Of a stretch of DNA of 53,215 nucleotides, positions 10,933-19,630 are shown piece by piece (the stretch's first letter is position 1; each line of letters starts with the position of its first letter). The stretch comes from a virus (Duplodnaviria > Caudoviricetes). Location: the IMG/VR virus record IMGVR_UViG_3300025769_000159, positions 1-53,215 of that record. One strand, written 5' to 3'. The translations under genes were made by a program, and so were the position numbers. The notes beneath the pieces were generated by a model. The model was not told the origin of the DNA, did no database searches, and was given only the letters and a program-made list of their open reading frames with translations.

Positions 10933-11111
10933 TGGTTAAAAAATCTGCATTACAAAAAATAGAATCACATGAAAAGTTATGTAGAATTATGCAGAAACAA
11001 ACATTTGACCAAATAAAAGAAATGCAAGAACGAATTAAAAGATTAGAATATTGGATAGTTGGAGGTATGGGAGCTGTCCTAATAACTTTACTAACAGACG
11101 TAACAAAATAA
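10932..11111 (+). CDS. Small coiled-coil plus C-terminal TM protein (holin/XhlA-like candidate)
   Basis: Read by hand, 59 aa: MVKKSALQKIESHEKLC...LEYWIVGGMGAVLITLL; directly upstream of the endolysin. Confidence 0.6.
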   Translation: MVKKSALQKIESHEKLCRIMQKQTFDQIKEMQERIKRLEYWIVGGMGAVLITLLTDVTK

Positions 11112-11119
11112 AAAAATTT

Positions 11120-11605
11120 ATGCAACTTTCAAAACATTTTACTTTAAGAGAAATGACCAATTCTATGACTGCTCAACGTAAGGGTATAGACAACACACCA
11201 GGAGCAGGAGAGATCAAAAGTTTAGGTGATCTATGTTATGAGGTACTTGAACCATTACGTGCACACTTTGACAAAGCTGTGACAATTACCAGCGGATACC
11301 GCTCAGAAGCGTTATGTGAAGCGATCGGCAGCAAAAAGACTTCGCAGCATGCCAAGGGCCAAGCGGTCGACCTAGAAATATTTGGCGTGCCCAACATTAA
11401 GACAGCTTACTGGCTACAAAATAACGTGGATTTTGATCAATTGATCATGGAGTATTACGACAAGGATGATCCTGCGGGGGGATGGGTTCACATAAGTTAT
11501 CACGAATCAGGTTCAAACAGAAAACAAGTTCTTACTTTTGATGGGAAAAAATACACCGAAGGCCTTCCAGATATGGAATGGAAGGGTGGAAAAGTCGTAG
11601 GTTAA
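11120..11605 (+). CDS. Endolysin, peptidase M15 family
   Basis: MQLSKHFTLREM start, SGYR, SQHAKGQAVD and WVHIS zinc-peptidase motifs; ATG 11120 is the likely start. Confidence 0.9.
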   Translation: MQLSKHFTLREMTNSMTAQRKGIDNTPGAGEIKSLGDLCYEVLEPLRAHFDKAVTITSGYRSEALCEAIGSKKTSQHAKGQAVDLEIFGVPNIKTAYWLQNNVDFDQLIMEYYDKDDPAGGWVHISYHESGSNRKQVLTFDGKKYTEGLPDMEWKGGKVVG

Positions 11606-11608
11606 CTA

Positions 11609-11935
11609 TTAATACATTCCATATAACCCCCAATTGTACCAATAATAATCTATCGCATGATGAGAGTATGCTCCAATAATACATCCTAAAAAACTTGGTA
11701 ACTTTTTTTGTTTAAATAAAACAGATATAAAAAAACAGCCAAACCCTATAATAGATACCCCTAAAATAGTGTGAAAGAATTTGTGACTAGGATAACCAGT
11801 TGTTAAAAAATAGTAAACAACCTCAATGTCTATAAGTATATTTACAATTGAAAACCATATCAAACTAAAGTGTTTTGGAAACAAAAGTTTTATTGGTGTA
11901 GCTGCTGCAATGTGAAACGGTGTAATCATATCCAA
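11609..11935 (-). CDS. Membrane-bound metal-dependent hydrolase-like protein (YdjM/DUF4184-like)
   Basis: Several TM segments with TPFH, IDIE, HKFFHT and SHHAID motifs. Confidence 0.6.
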   Translation of the reverse strand: MDMITPFHIAAATPIKLLFPKHFSLIWFSIVNILIDIEVVYYFLTTGYPSHKFFHTILGVSIIGFGCFFISVLFKQKKLPSFLGCIIGAYSHHAIDYYWYNWGLYGMY

Positions 11936-13356
11936 TCCTTTAGTTCTTCACCCATAACTTCGGATGCAATGTTAATTTTTTTACGTAAGGCTTCTACTAT
12001 TTTTTCATCAACAGTATCTTCTGCAATTAAATCAATATAAGTTACAGTTTTCTTTTGACCTATTCGATGAGCTCTATCTTCTGATTGTAATCTTTTCTCT
12101 AAATCATATCCGTTAGAAAAATATATTACAGTATTAGCTTGTGTAAGTGTAATACCGTAACCACCTGTTTGTGGTGTACCTATAATAAATCTACATTTAG
12201 GATCGTTTTGAAATTTACGAATATTATCTTGTCTATCTTCTTGAGATGTTAAACCATAGTAATGAACATAAGAATCTTTACCATGTTCTTTAATTATTCT
12301 TTGTATAATCTCACCTACACTTAATTGATAGTTAGCCCAAATTATAGCTTTACCCTCTATGTCTTCAAGAATTGACATAAGTTCATCAAGTCTATTACTT
12401 TCAACTGATTGTGTTGAACCATCATCAGCAGTAAAATGACCACAAGTAATTTGATGTAAGCGCATTAACTGTGTGAGAACAGTCATGGTAGTTGTCACTT
12501 TACCATTTAATATAGCCATAGCTTCTTTTTTCATTTGTTCATAGATTCTTTTTTGATCTGGAGTAAGAGCTACGTGTCTCTTAATAAAATTTTTAGGAGG
12601 TAAATCTAGACAGTCTTCTTTTAAAACTCTGTATGAAAATCCTTTTACCTTATCGGATAGTTCACCCAAATTTTGAAAAGCATCTACTATCTGTATAGAT
12701 CTACCATGAAGATACATAGTTTTCATTTCTGCATATCTATTACGAAAAGCATAAAACGAATCATAATTCAATAACCACGGATCAAGGAACTCACATTGAC
12801 TAAACAAATCTAAAGGATTTTTTGTAATAGGTGAACCCGTCATAATACGTCTGTACTTAGCACACTTACCAAGACTTATAATATTTTTAGTTCTTTTTGT
12901 TGTAGGTGTTTTAATAGTAGTAGATTCATCTATAGCCATTAAAGTTTTATGAGAACTTAAAAATTTAGATGCAAATTTAACACCCTTATCTGTAGACAAA
13001 GACTCTACATTCATAATTAAAATATGTAAGTCTTGTCCTATTTCAAACAGTGATTCTAATTTTTCTCTTTGAGTTTTTGTTATGTTTGATTGCCATAAAA
13101 TATTTTTATACTCTATGTGATTAGGTAAGTGCGTTGGCAGCTCTTGTTCATACCAAGTTTTAACAACACCCTTTGGTGCAATAATTAAAGCGCCATCTAC
13201 TTTACCTTTATCATAAAGCATAGCTAAATTATCTATTAGCACTTTTGTTTTACCTGTACCCATTTCCATAAAATAAGCATAGGTTTCTTTATTCCATGAT
13301 TTTTCTAACGCAGTTAATTGATGAGCGTAAGGTTTTGTTTTAAATTTATAATTCAT
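11926..13356 (-). CDS. SNF2-family helicase
   Basis: MEMGTGKT, DEST, MTGSP, GYGITL and QSEDRAHRIGQ motifs. Confidence 0.95.
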   Translation of the reverse strand: MNYKFKTKPYAHQLTALEKSWNKETYAYFMEMGTGKTKVLIDNLAMLYDKGKVDGALIIAPKGVVKTWYEQELPTHLPNHIEYKNILWQSNITKTQREKLESLFEIGQDLHILIMNVESLSTDKGVKFASKFLSSHKTLMAIDESTTIKTPTTKRTKNIISLGKCAKYRRIMTGSPITKNPLDLFSQCEFLDPWLLNYDSFYAFRNRYAEMKTMYLHGRSIQIVDAFQNLGELSDKVKGFSYRVLKEDCLDLPPKNFIKRHVALTPDQKRIYEQMKKEAMAILNGKVTTTMTVLTQLMRLHQITCGHFTADDGSTQSVESNRLDELMSILEDIEGKAIIWANYQLSVGEIIQRIIKEHGKDSYVHYYGLTSQEDRQDNIRKFQNDPKCRFIIGTPQTGGYGITLTQANTVIYFSNGYDLEKRLQSEDRAHRIGQKKTVTYIDLIAEDTVDEKIVEALRKKINIASEVMGEELKDWI

Positions 13357-13377
13357 AAATATTTACTTCTTTCTGTA

Positions 13378-13414
13378 TTGACTTCTATATAATCGATGCT
13401 ATATCTTTTGTCAA
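13378..13414. promoter_or_regulatory. Overlapping divergent sigma70-like promoters (helicase / replication operon)
   Basis: TTGACT on + at 13378 and TTGACA on - at 13414-13409, with TATA-rich elements between them. Confidence 0.55.
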
Positions 13415-13809
13415 TGTCAGAAAGTATAGAGTATGAAAAAATAATGAAAACACATACGCCTGTCGTATATGTTATTCAACATATTCCTGGAACACAAGCA
13501 GGCAATCCCAAAATTAATATCATGGGTGCGTCTCAATATGGACAGTTTAAATTTTTGTTACCAGAATTTTCTCAAATGATTTTTTCTCCAGGTCCACTTA
13601 TTTATAAGTTAAGACAAGGTTTAAAAGATTATCATGTAAAAGATTATTTATTACTTACAGGAGATCCTGCAATCATTGGTGTTGCATGTTCTATTGTATC
13701 TGATATTACTCACGGTAAATACAATGTATTAAAGTGGGATAAGCAAGAAAGAAAATACTATCCAATAGAAATAAACTTATATGAAAGAGGAGAAATAGAT
13801 GACAATTAA
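13414..13809 (+). CDS. Conserved phage hypothetical protein
   Basis: DYLLLTGDP and LKWDKQERKYYP motifs; first gene of the replication operon. Confidence 0.75.
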   Translation: MSESIEYEKIMKTHTPVVYVIQHIPGTQAGNPKINIMGASQYGQFKFLLPEFSQMIFSPGPLIYKLRQGLKDYHVKDYLLLTGDPAIIGVACSIVSDITHGKYNVLKWDKQERKYYPIEINLYERGEIDDN

Positions 13810-14350
13810 TTTTGAAGAAGACCAACAAGATGCAATGAAGAAAACTGAAAACATTCAGTCTCTTGCAGATCAAGTTGAAAAGTTAGAATCTTTACATAAA
13901 AGATTAGAGCTACAAGAACAGAATACTAAAAATTTAAAATCAGAAATACAAAAAGTTTCTGGTGACATCATTCCAACTATGATGTCTGAAATGGGTCTTG
14001 CAGAATTAAAACTGCATGATGGATCACATTTAAAAGTTTCGACGACATATCGTGCTTCTATTACAGAGGCAAATAAAGAGATGGCGTTTAACTGGCTTCG
14101 GGACAATGGATTAGGTGATATTATTAAGAACGAGATCTTGGTATCATTTGGTCGTAACGAGGATAACAAGGCAGCAGATTATGCTGCTCTTGCGAAGGGT
14201 CAAGGGTTCCAACCGACACAAAAGATGAAGGTAGAACCCATGACCTTGAAAGCGCTAGTCCGTGAGCGTATTGAGGCGGGTAAAGAAATGCCAACGGAAA
14301 TCTTTGGGGTATTCTCAGAGAATAAGACAACAATAAAAAGGAACAAATAA
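13799..14350 (+). CDS. Conserved phage replication-module protein
   Basis: AFNWLRDNGLGDIIKN and VEPMTLKALVRE motifs; AGAGGAG RBS. Confidence 0.75.
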   Translation: MTINFEEDQQDAMKKTENIQSLADQVEKLESLHKRLELQEQNTKNLKSEIQKVSGDIIPTMMSEMGLAELKLHDGSHLKVSTTYRASITEANKEMAFNWLRDNGLGDIIKNEILVSFGRNEDNKAADYAALAKGQGFQPTQKMKVEPMTLKALVRERIEAGKEMPTEIFGVFSENKTTIKRNK

Positions 14351-14352
14351 AC

Positions 14353-15108
14353 ATGAACCAAGTAACAGAGAAAAAAGAAGGAGCATTAGCAGTCAACTTG
14401 TTTGAAGCTGATGCAAATCAAGGTGCTCAAAATATAGCGCAAGAAGATCTTGCTTTACCTTTCCTAAAAATTTTGGGACAACTATCTCCAGAGGTTAACA
14501 AAAGAGATGGTAAATATGTCGAGGGCGCTGAACCCGGCAAAATCATAAATACGGTTACTAATCAACTCTTCGATGAGGTCAACGTTGTACCATGTCATTA
14601 TAAAAGACAGTACATCGAGTGGCAAGATCGAGGACAAAGCACTGGTGCACCTGTAGCAATACATGATGCAGATAGTGATATAATTAGTCAAACCACTAGG
14701 GACAAATCGTATAAGGATAGATTACCAAATGGTAACTATCTTGATAACACTGCTAGTCATTTTGTGTTGCAGCTAGGTGATACCCCACAATCTGCTTTGA
14801 TTTCTATGAAGTCTACTCAACTTAAAGTAAGTAGAAAATGGAACTCAATGATGATGGGATTAAAAATGCAAGGTAAAAACGGTTTGTTTACTCCGCCTAC
14901 ATACAGTCACATTTATAAACTAAAAACTGTTCAAATGTCTAATGACAAAGGAACATGGTTTGGTTGGGATGTAGAAAAAGTTGGTCCTGTCACAGACAAA
15001 GGTATCTACGATATGGCTAAAAACTTTGCTCTAAGTGTAGGTAAGGGTGAGATCGAGGCAAAACATAGCTCAGAAGAACCTGCTAAACAAGGCTCTTCAA
15101 ACTACTAG
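14353..15108 (+). CDS. Putative single-stranded DNA-binding protein
   Basis: DLALPFLKILGQLSPEV, MKSTQLKVSRKWNS and NDKGTWFGW motifs; precedes the primase. Confidence 0.6.
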   Translation: MNQVTEKKEGALAVNLFEADANQGAQNIAQEDLALPFLKILGQLSPEVNKRDGKYVEGAEPGKIINTVTNQLFDEVNVVPCHYKRQYIEWQDRGQSTGAPVAIHDADSDIISQTTRDKSYKDRLPNGNYLDNTASHFVLQLGDTPQSALISMKSTQLKVSRKWNSMMMGLKMQGKNGLFTPPTYSHIYKLKTVQMSNDKGTWFGWDVEKVGPVTDKGIYDMAKNFALSVGKGEIEAKHSSEEPAKQGSSNY

Positions 15109-15118
15109 AATCCTAGGT

Positions 15119-15152
15119 AGTGGGCGGTTAAGCTAGCGTGGATCCGCCCACT
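15119..15152 (+). promoter_or_regulatory. GC-rich hairpin in the primase leader
   Basis: AGTGGGCGG / CCGCCCACT 9-bp stem, 16-nt loop, ending 10 nt before the ATG. Confidence 0.55.
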
Positions 15153-15162
15153 TAAAAAAGCT

Positions 15163-16668
15163 ATGGAAAATATTAGAAAGTTTATAGAAATATTTGAAGG
15201 ATTAAATCGAGCCCATGGTGTCACTATTGTTGGTGAATCAAATGGTAATGGATCTAAAATAAAAGGTAAATCTTTTGTTAAAAGAGAAATTATAACAGAT
15301 GAGCATTGGTCAAATCATTTACAAGGCTCACAGAGTTTAGGTGTTATACCAATCAATGATGATAACAAATGTAGATGGGGTTGTATAGATATAGACTCTT
15401 ATGCAGGATTTGATCACGCAAAATTAATTAAAAAAATAAAAGAACTCAGTTTACCACTGTTAGTATTTAGATCTAAGTCAGGTGGTGCTCATGTATTTAT
15501 ATTTACAGAAGATTATGTATCAGCTGGTTTGATGCAAGATAAACTAAATGAAATTAGATCTGTGTTAGGTTATGGTGGATCAGAAGTTTTTCCTAAACAA
15601 AGAGAATTAAAATCCAAAGATGATACAGGAAATTTTTTAAATTTACCATATTTTAATGGTGATAATACAGTAAGATATTGCTTTAATAATAATGCTGAGT
15701 CCGTTAATCTTCTAAACTTTTTTGAGTTGTATGAAACAACAAAAATTACCGAACAACAATTATCAGAGTTAAAAGTAAAAAGACCTGAAACACCTTACTC
15801 GGATGGACCACCATGTATAGAACTAATGATGCAAAACAGAGTGGGTGAAGGAGGTAGAAATAATGCTTTATTTCATTACGGTGTATATGCAAAATCTAAG
15901 TGGCCAGAGAATTGGAAGTCTAAGCTAGTAATATTTAACGAAGGTGCAATGGAACAACCATTGTCTGACACTGAAGTAAACATAATAACTAAACAACATG
16001 ATAAGAAAGATTGGGGTTATAAATGTAACGATCAACCAATGTGTAGTTTGTGCGATAAAAAATTATGCAAAACTAGAAAGTTTGGTATTGGTCAAGAAAT
16101 AATGTTTCCTAGCTTAACTGATTTACAAGTTGTTAATTTAGAAGAGCCTTACTATTATATGAATGTAGATGGAGATAGACTATATCTAGACTCAGCAAAA
16201 CATCTAACTAATCAAGTCTTGTTTCAAGAAGAATGTGTCAAGCAGCTTAGATTTAATCCACCAACACTTAAGACAAATGAATGGAAACAAAAGACAAATA
16301 TTCTTCTAGAAGGTGCTGAGATAACGGAGCCTGCTGAAGGAACAGGGACCAAGGACATATTAAAAAATTACTTAGAAGACTACTGTTTGAATAGAGTCAA
16401 AAAAGATGATTTTGAAGATCTTAAAAATGGTGGGACATATACAAAAGATGAATATCATTACTTTGTATTCGACAATTTTTTTCATCAATATCTTACTCGT
16501 AGACATTGGAAGGTGCAGTATCAAAGAACATCACAAATGTTAAAAGATTACTTACATTGTTTTACCAAAAGGGTTGGTAAGACTAAGCTTTCTGTTTTTG
16601 TGGTAGCTAGATTTGATAAAAAAATACAAACATATAAACAAAAAACTTTTAACAAGGATAACTACTAA
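15163..16668 (+). CDS. Primase-polymerase (AEP) with PriCT-like domain
   Basis: CIDID, RSKSGGAH, GNFLNLPY, PPC and GEGGRNNALF motifs, plus a Cys cluster. Confidence 0.85.
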   Translation: MENIRKFIEIFEGLNRAHGVTIVGESNGNGSKIKGKSFVKREIITDEHWSNHLQGSQSLGVIPINDDNKCRWGCIDIDSYAGFDHAKLIKKIKELSLPLLVFRSKSGGAHVFIFTEDYVSAGLMQDKLNEIRSVLGYGGSEVFPKQRELKSKDDTGNFLNLPYFNGDNTVRYCFNNNAESVNLLNFFELYETTKITEQQLSELKVKRPETPYSDGPPCIELMMQNRVGEGGRNNALFHYGVYAKSKWPENWKSKLVIFNEGAMEQPLSDTEVNIITKQHDKKDWGYKCNDQPMCSLCDKKLCKTRKFGIGQEIMFPSLTDLQVVNLEEPYYYMNVDGDRLYLDSAKHLTNQVLFQEECVKQLRFNPPTLKTNEWKQKTNILLEGAEITEPAEGTGTKDILKNYLEDYCLNRVKKDDFEDLKNGGTYTKDEYHYFVFDNFFHQYLTRRHWKVQYQRTSQMLKDYLHCFTKRVGKTKLSVFVVARFDKKIQTYKQKTFNKDNY

Positions 16669-18152
16669 TGAGAAAGATAATTTACGGACCACCAGGTACA
16701 GGCAAGACATACTATTTAATGAATGAACTAGAGAAGATTTTAGAAAAGGTTGAACCAAGTAAGATAGGATATTTTACTTTTTCTAGAAACGGTGCACAAG
16801 AAGGTAAAAATAGAGCTATGGATAAGTTTAATTTAACTGAGAAAGATTTACCTTACTTTAGAACTCTACACTCATTTTGTTTTAACATACTAGGTTTAAA
16901 AAAAGAAAACGTAATGCAAGAAAAAGATTACAAAGATCTAGGTAGAGATCTTCAAATAGAGTTTGAAGGTGTTAGGTATGACCATGATCATGAAGGTATA
17001 CTACACTCTAAAGATCCATACATATCCTTAATTAGTTTGGCTAGAAACAAAAGAATATCACCATTAGATCTCTATAATCAAAATGGTTACAGCTACAATC
17101 TTACATATGATAAACTAGATATAATTAGCAAAGAACTACATCAATACAAAAAACAAAAAGGATTAATTGATTATATTGATATGTTAGAAAAATTTTTAGA
17201 CAAAGGGGAGAGTCCGAAGTTTGAAGTTATATTTATAGATGAAGCACAAGATTTAAGTTTAATACAATGGGATATCGTTAAAAAATTAGAGAAGAGTTCT
17301 AAACGATCTATTATTGCAGGAGACGATGATCAAGCTATCTATAAATGGAATGGTGCAGACGCTGAAAGTTTTATAAATTTAGAAGGAGAAAAAGTTATAT
17401 TGCAGCAGTCTTATAGGGTTCCCAAAAACATATTTAATGTAGCAAACAATATTATTAAAAAAGTTAAGAATAGAGTGGAAAAGAATTGGATACCTAAAGA
17501 AGATTTAGGAAAAGTTAATTATCATTGGGAGATAGATAAGGTAGATCTATCTAAAGGAGAGTGGTTAATATTAGCTAGAACAAATTTATTTTTAGAAAAA
17601 ATAGCCTACTACTTAGATCAAAATGGTTTCTTCTTTCAACGTAGAAACTCAACTCCCAGAGTTCAAAACATATATTCTTTAATTGAAAATTGGAATAAAT
17701 TAAAGGAAGGAACTCCTATACATTATAATGATTATAAAAAGATAACCAATAAAATGAGTAAGAATGTTGATTTAAAATTAATGAAACATATGTCAAAAGA
17801 GAATTTTTACGACATAGACACTTTGAAAGAAAAATATGGTTTAAAAACAGATGATGAATGGTATGTTGCTTTTGATGATTTGGGAGATGATGAGATTAGA
17901 AAAATACAGAAACTAATAAAAAATGGAGAAGATTTATCAAAAGATCCTAGGATTAAAATATCAACTATTCATGGGGTAAAAGGTAATGAAAGAGATAACG
18001 TAATTTTATTAACTGATTTGAGTAATGCAGCATACTACAAATATTTAGATAATCCTGATGATGAACATAGATTGTTTTATGTAGGGGTTACTAGAGCTAA
18101 AAAAGAACTAAATATAATTTATGCAAAAACAGAAAGGGGTTATGACATCTAA
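16668..18152 (+). CDS. UvrD/Rep-like SF1 helicase
   Basis: GPPGTGKT, DEAQD, GDDDQAIY, STIHGVKG and YVGVTRAK motifs. Confidence 0.95.
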   Translation: MRKIIYGPPGTGKTYYLMNELEKILEKVEPSKIGYFTFSRNGAQEGKNRAMDKFNLTEKDLPYFRTLHSFCFNILGLKKENVMQEKDYKDLGRDLQIEFEGVRYDHDHEGILHSKDPYISLISLARNKRISPLDLYNQNGYSYNLTYDKLDIISKELHQYKKQKGLIDYIDMLEKFLDKGESPKFEVIFIDEAQDLSLIQWDIVKKLEKSSKRSIIAGDDDQAIYKWNGADAESFINLEGEKVILQQSYRVPKNIFNVANNIIKKVKNRVEKNWIPKEDLGKVNYHWEIDKVDLSKGEWLILARTNLFLEKIAYYLDQNGFFFQRRNSTPRVQNIYSLIENWNKLKEGTPIHYNDYKKITNKMSKNVDLKLMKHMSKENFYDIDTLKEKYGLKTDDEWYVAFDDLGDDEIRKIQKLIKNGEDLSKDPRIKISTIHGVKGNERDNVILLTDLSNAAYYKYLDNPDDEHRLFYVGVTRAKKELNIIYAKTERGYDI

Positions 18153-18396
18153 AGATATATTCAATAAATCGTTTCCACAAGATAAGCAAATCGGAGGATC
18201 CCACTACAAAAATTTTACCATACAGCCTTATGAATTTATTTCAAAAAATGATTTATCTTTCTTTCAAGGATGTGTTGTGAAATATGTTTGTCGTTATTTA
18301 AACAAAAACGGTATACAAGACTTAGAAAAAATAATACACTATTGTGAATTAGAAATTAAAAAATTGAAAGATGGAAAGAAAACTAAAAGTTCTTGA
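18142..18396 (+). CDS. DUF3310-like protein (T7 gp1.7 nucleotide kinase-like)
   Basis: QIGGSHYK, GCVVKYVCR and KNGIQDLEK motifs. Confidence 0.8.
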   Translation: MTSKDIFNKSFPQDKQIGGSHYKNFTIQPYEFISKNDLSFFQGCVVKYVCRYLNKNGIQDLEKIIHYCELEIKKLKDGKKTKSS

Positions 18397-19630
18397 TTTA
18401 TTTTCAGGCATAGGGGGATTTGCTTTAGGCTTAGACTCTACTGGATTTTTTGAAACTGTAAAATTTGTTGAGATGGACAAATACTGTCAGAAAGTTTTAC
18501 AAAAAAACTTTCCTAACATACCAATCGAGGAGGATATAAAAAATGTCAAAGGAAAAGAATACGAAGCAGATGTCATTACTGGAGGATTTCCCTGCCAACC
18601 CTTCAGCGTCGCAGGTAAACAAAAAGGAACAAACGACAACCGCTATCTCTGGCCAGAAATGTTTAGACTCATTAGGGAGATCAAACCCGAATTCGTTATT
18701 GGGGAGAATGTGCAAGGACTTATTAACCTCCAAAACGGCGTGGTACTCAGACAGGTGCAAGACCAATTGGAAAGTGAAGGTTTCGAAGTCCAATGTTTCC
18801 TTATTCCAGCTTCAGGCATCGGTGCTTGGCACCAAAGATACAGAGTCTGGATTGTGGGCCACTCCCAACACAATGGATTACTTGCCGCCGAGAAGCGCTG
18901 CAGGGACGAAAAAGATTATGGAGGGTCACAGAAAAGGGAGAACAAGACCGTCGAACCTAAGAGAACAAGTGGATCCAGAGACAATGAAGATGTATCCAAC
19001 TCCAAAGGAGAGAGACTACAAGGGTGGAGAAGGGAAGAGAGTAATAGAGACACAAAAAGGTTACGCCAAAATTCGAAAAGGAACGGGGACAAGATTTGGA
19101 GCGAGTCTGAACGATGTAGTGGAATATCAAGAGAAGAAGATGTATCCAACACCAACACAAGACTCAGCATCGGAGAGAACGAAGAAGTACAAGCAAGGAG
19201 GGACACCTCTACCACTAGCGGTGAAGATGTATCCAACACCGACAGCATCAGACATAGAAGGTGGAGCAGCGAAGGATGTACAAATAAAGGATGGTCATTT
19301 CTTCAGAGAGAACAAGAAGGGAGAGAGATGGGGAGTGAAACTCAGAGATGCGATGGAAATGTATCCAACACCAACAGCAAGGGATCACAAAGACATGGGT
19401 TATCAACCAACATGGAAACCGAGCAGAGACAAGTCAGTTCCGAGAACAGTGTTGAAGAACAACAAACCTGGTGGCAAACTGAATCCAACGTTTGTGGAGT
19501 TCCTAATGGGATTTCCTATGAATTGGACAAAAACAGAGCCAACAGAATCAAAACCCTCGGTAACGCAATCGTCCCACAAATCGCAAGAGAGTTCGGACTC
19601 GCAATCAAAAAAGTTTTATCCGACTCCTAG
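18371..19630 (+). CDS. C5-cytosine DNA methyltransferase, alpha subunit (motifs I-VIII and X; lacks IX)
   Basis: LFSGIGG, GFPCQPFS, ENV, QRYRVW and LGNAIVP motifs; the variable region is low-complexity in this frame. Confidence 0.9.
   Translation: MERKLKVLDLFSGIGGFALGLDSTGFFETVKFVEMDKYCQKVLQKNFPNIPIEEDIKNVKGKEYEADVITGGFPCQPFSVAGKQKGTNDNRYLWPEMFRLIREIKPEFVIGENVQGLINLQNGVVLRQVQDQLESEGFEVQCFLIPASGIGAWHQRYRVWIVGHSQHNGLLAAEKRCRDEKDYGGSQKRENKTVEPKRTSGSRDNEDVSNSKGERLQGWRREESNRDTKRLRQNSKRNGDKIWSESERCSGISREEDVSNTNTRLSIGENEEVQARRDTSTTSGEDVSNTDSIRHRRWSSEGCTNKGWSFLQREQEGREMGSETQRCDGNVSNTNSKGSQRHGLSTNMETEQRQVSSENSVEEQQTWWQTESNVCGVPNGISYELDKNRANRIKTLGNAIVPQIAREFGLAIKKVLSDS

Noticed and set aside
11051-11119. 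Extended N-terminus of the endolysin in the ORF track
   Set aside because: It overlaps the upstream TM gene; the typical MQLSKHF start is at 11120.
18990-19375. ATGTATCCAAC repeats as a CRISPR array
   Set aside because: The repeats are short, spacing is irregular and codon-multiple, they encode a protein motif, and no cas operon is present.
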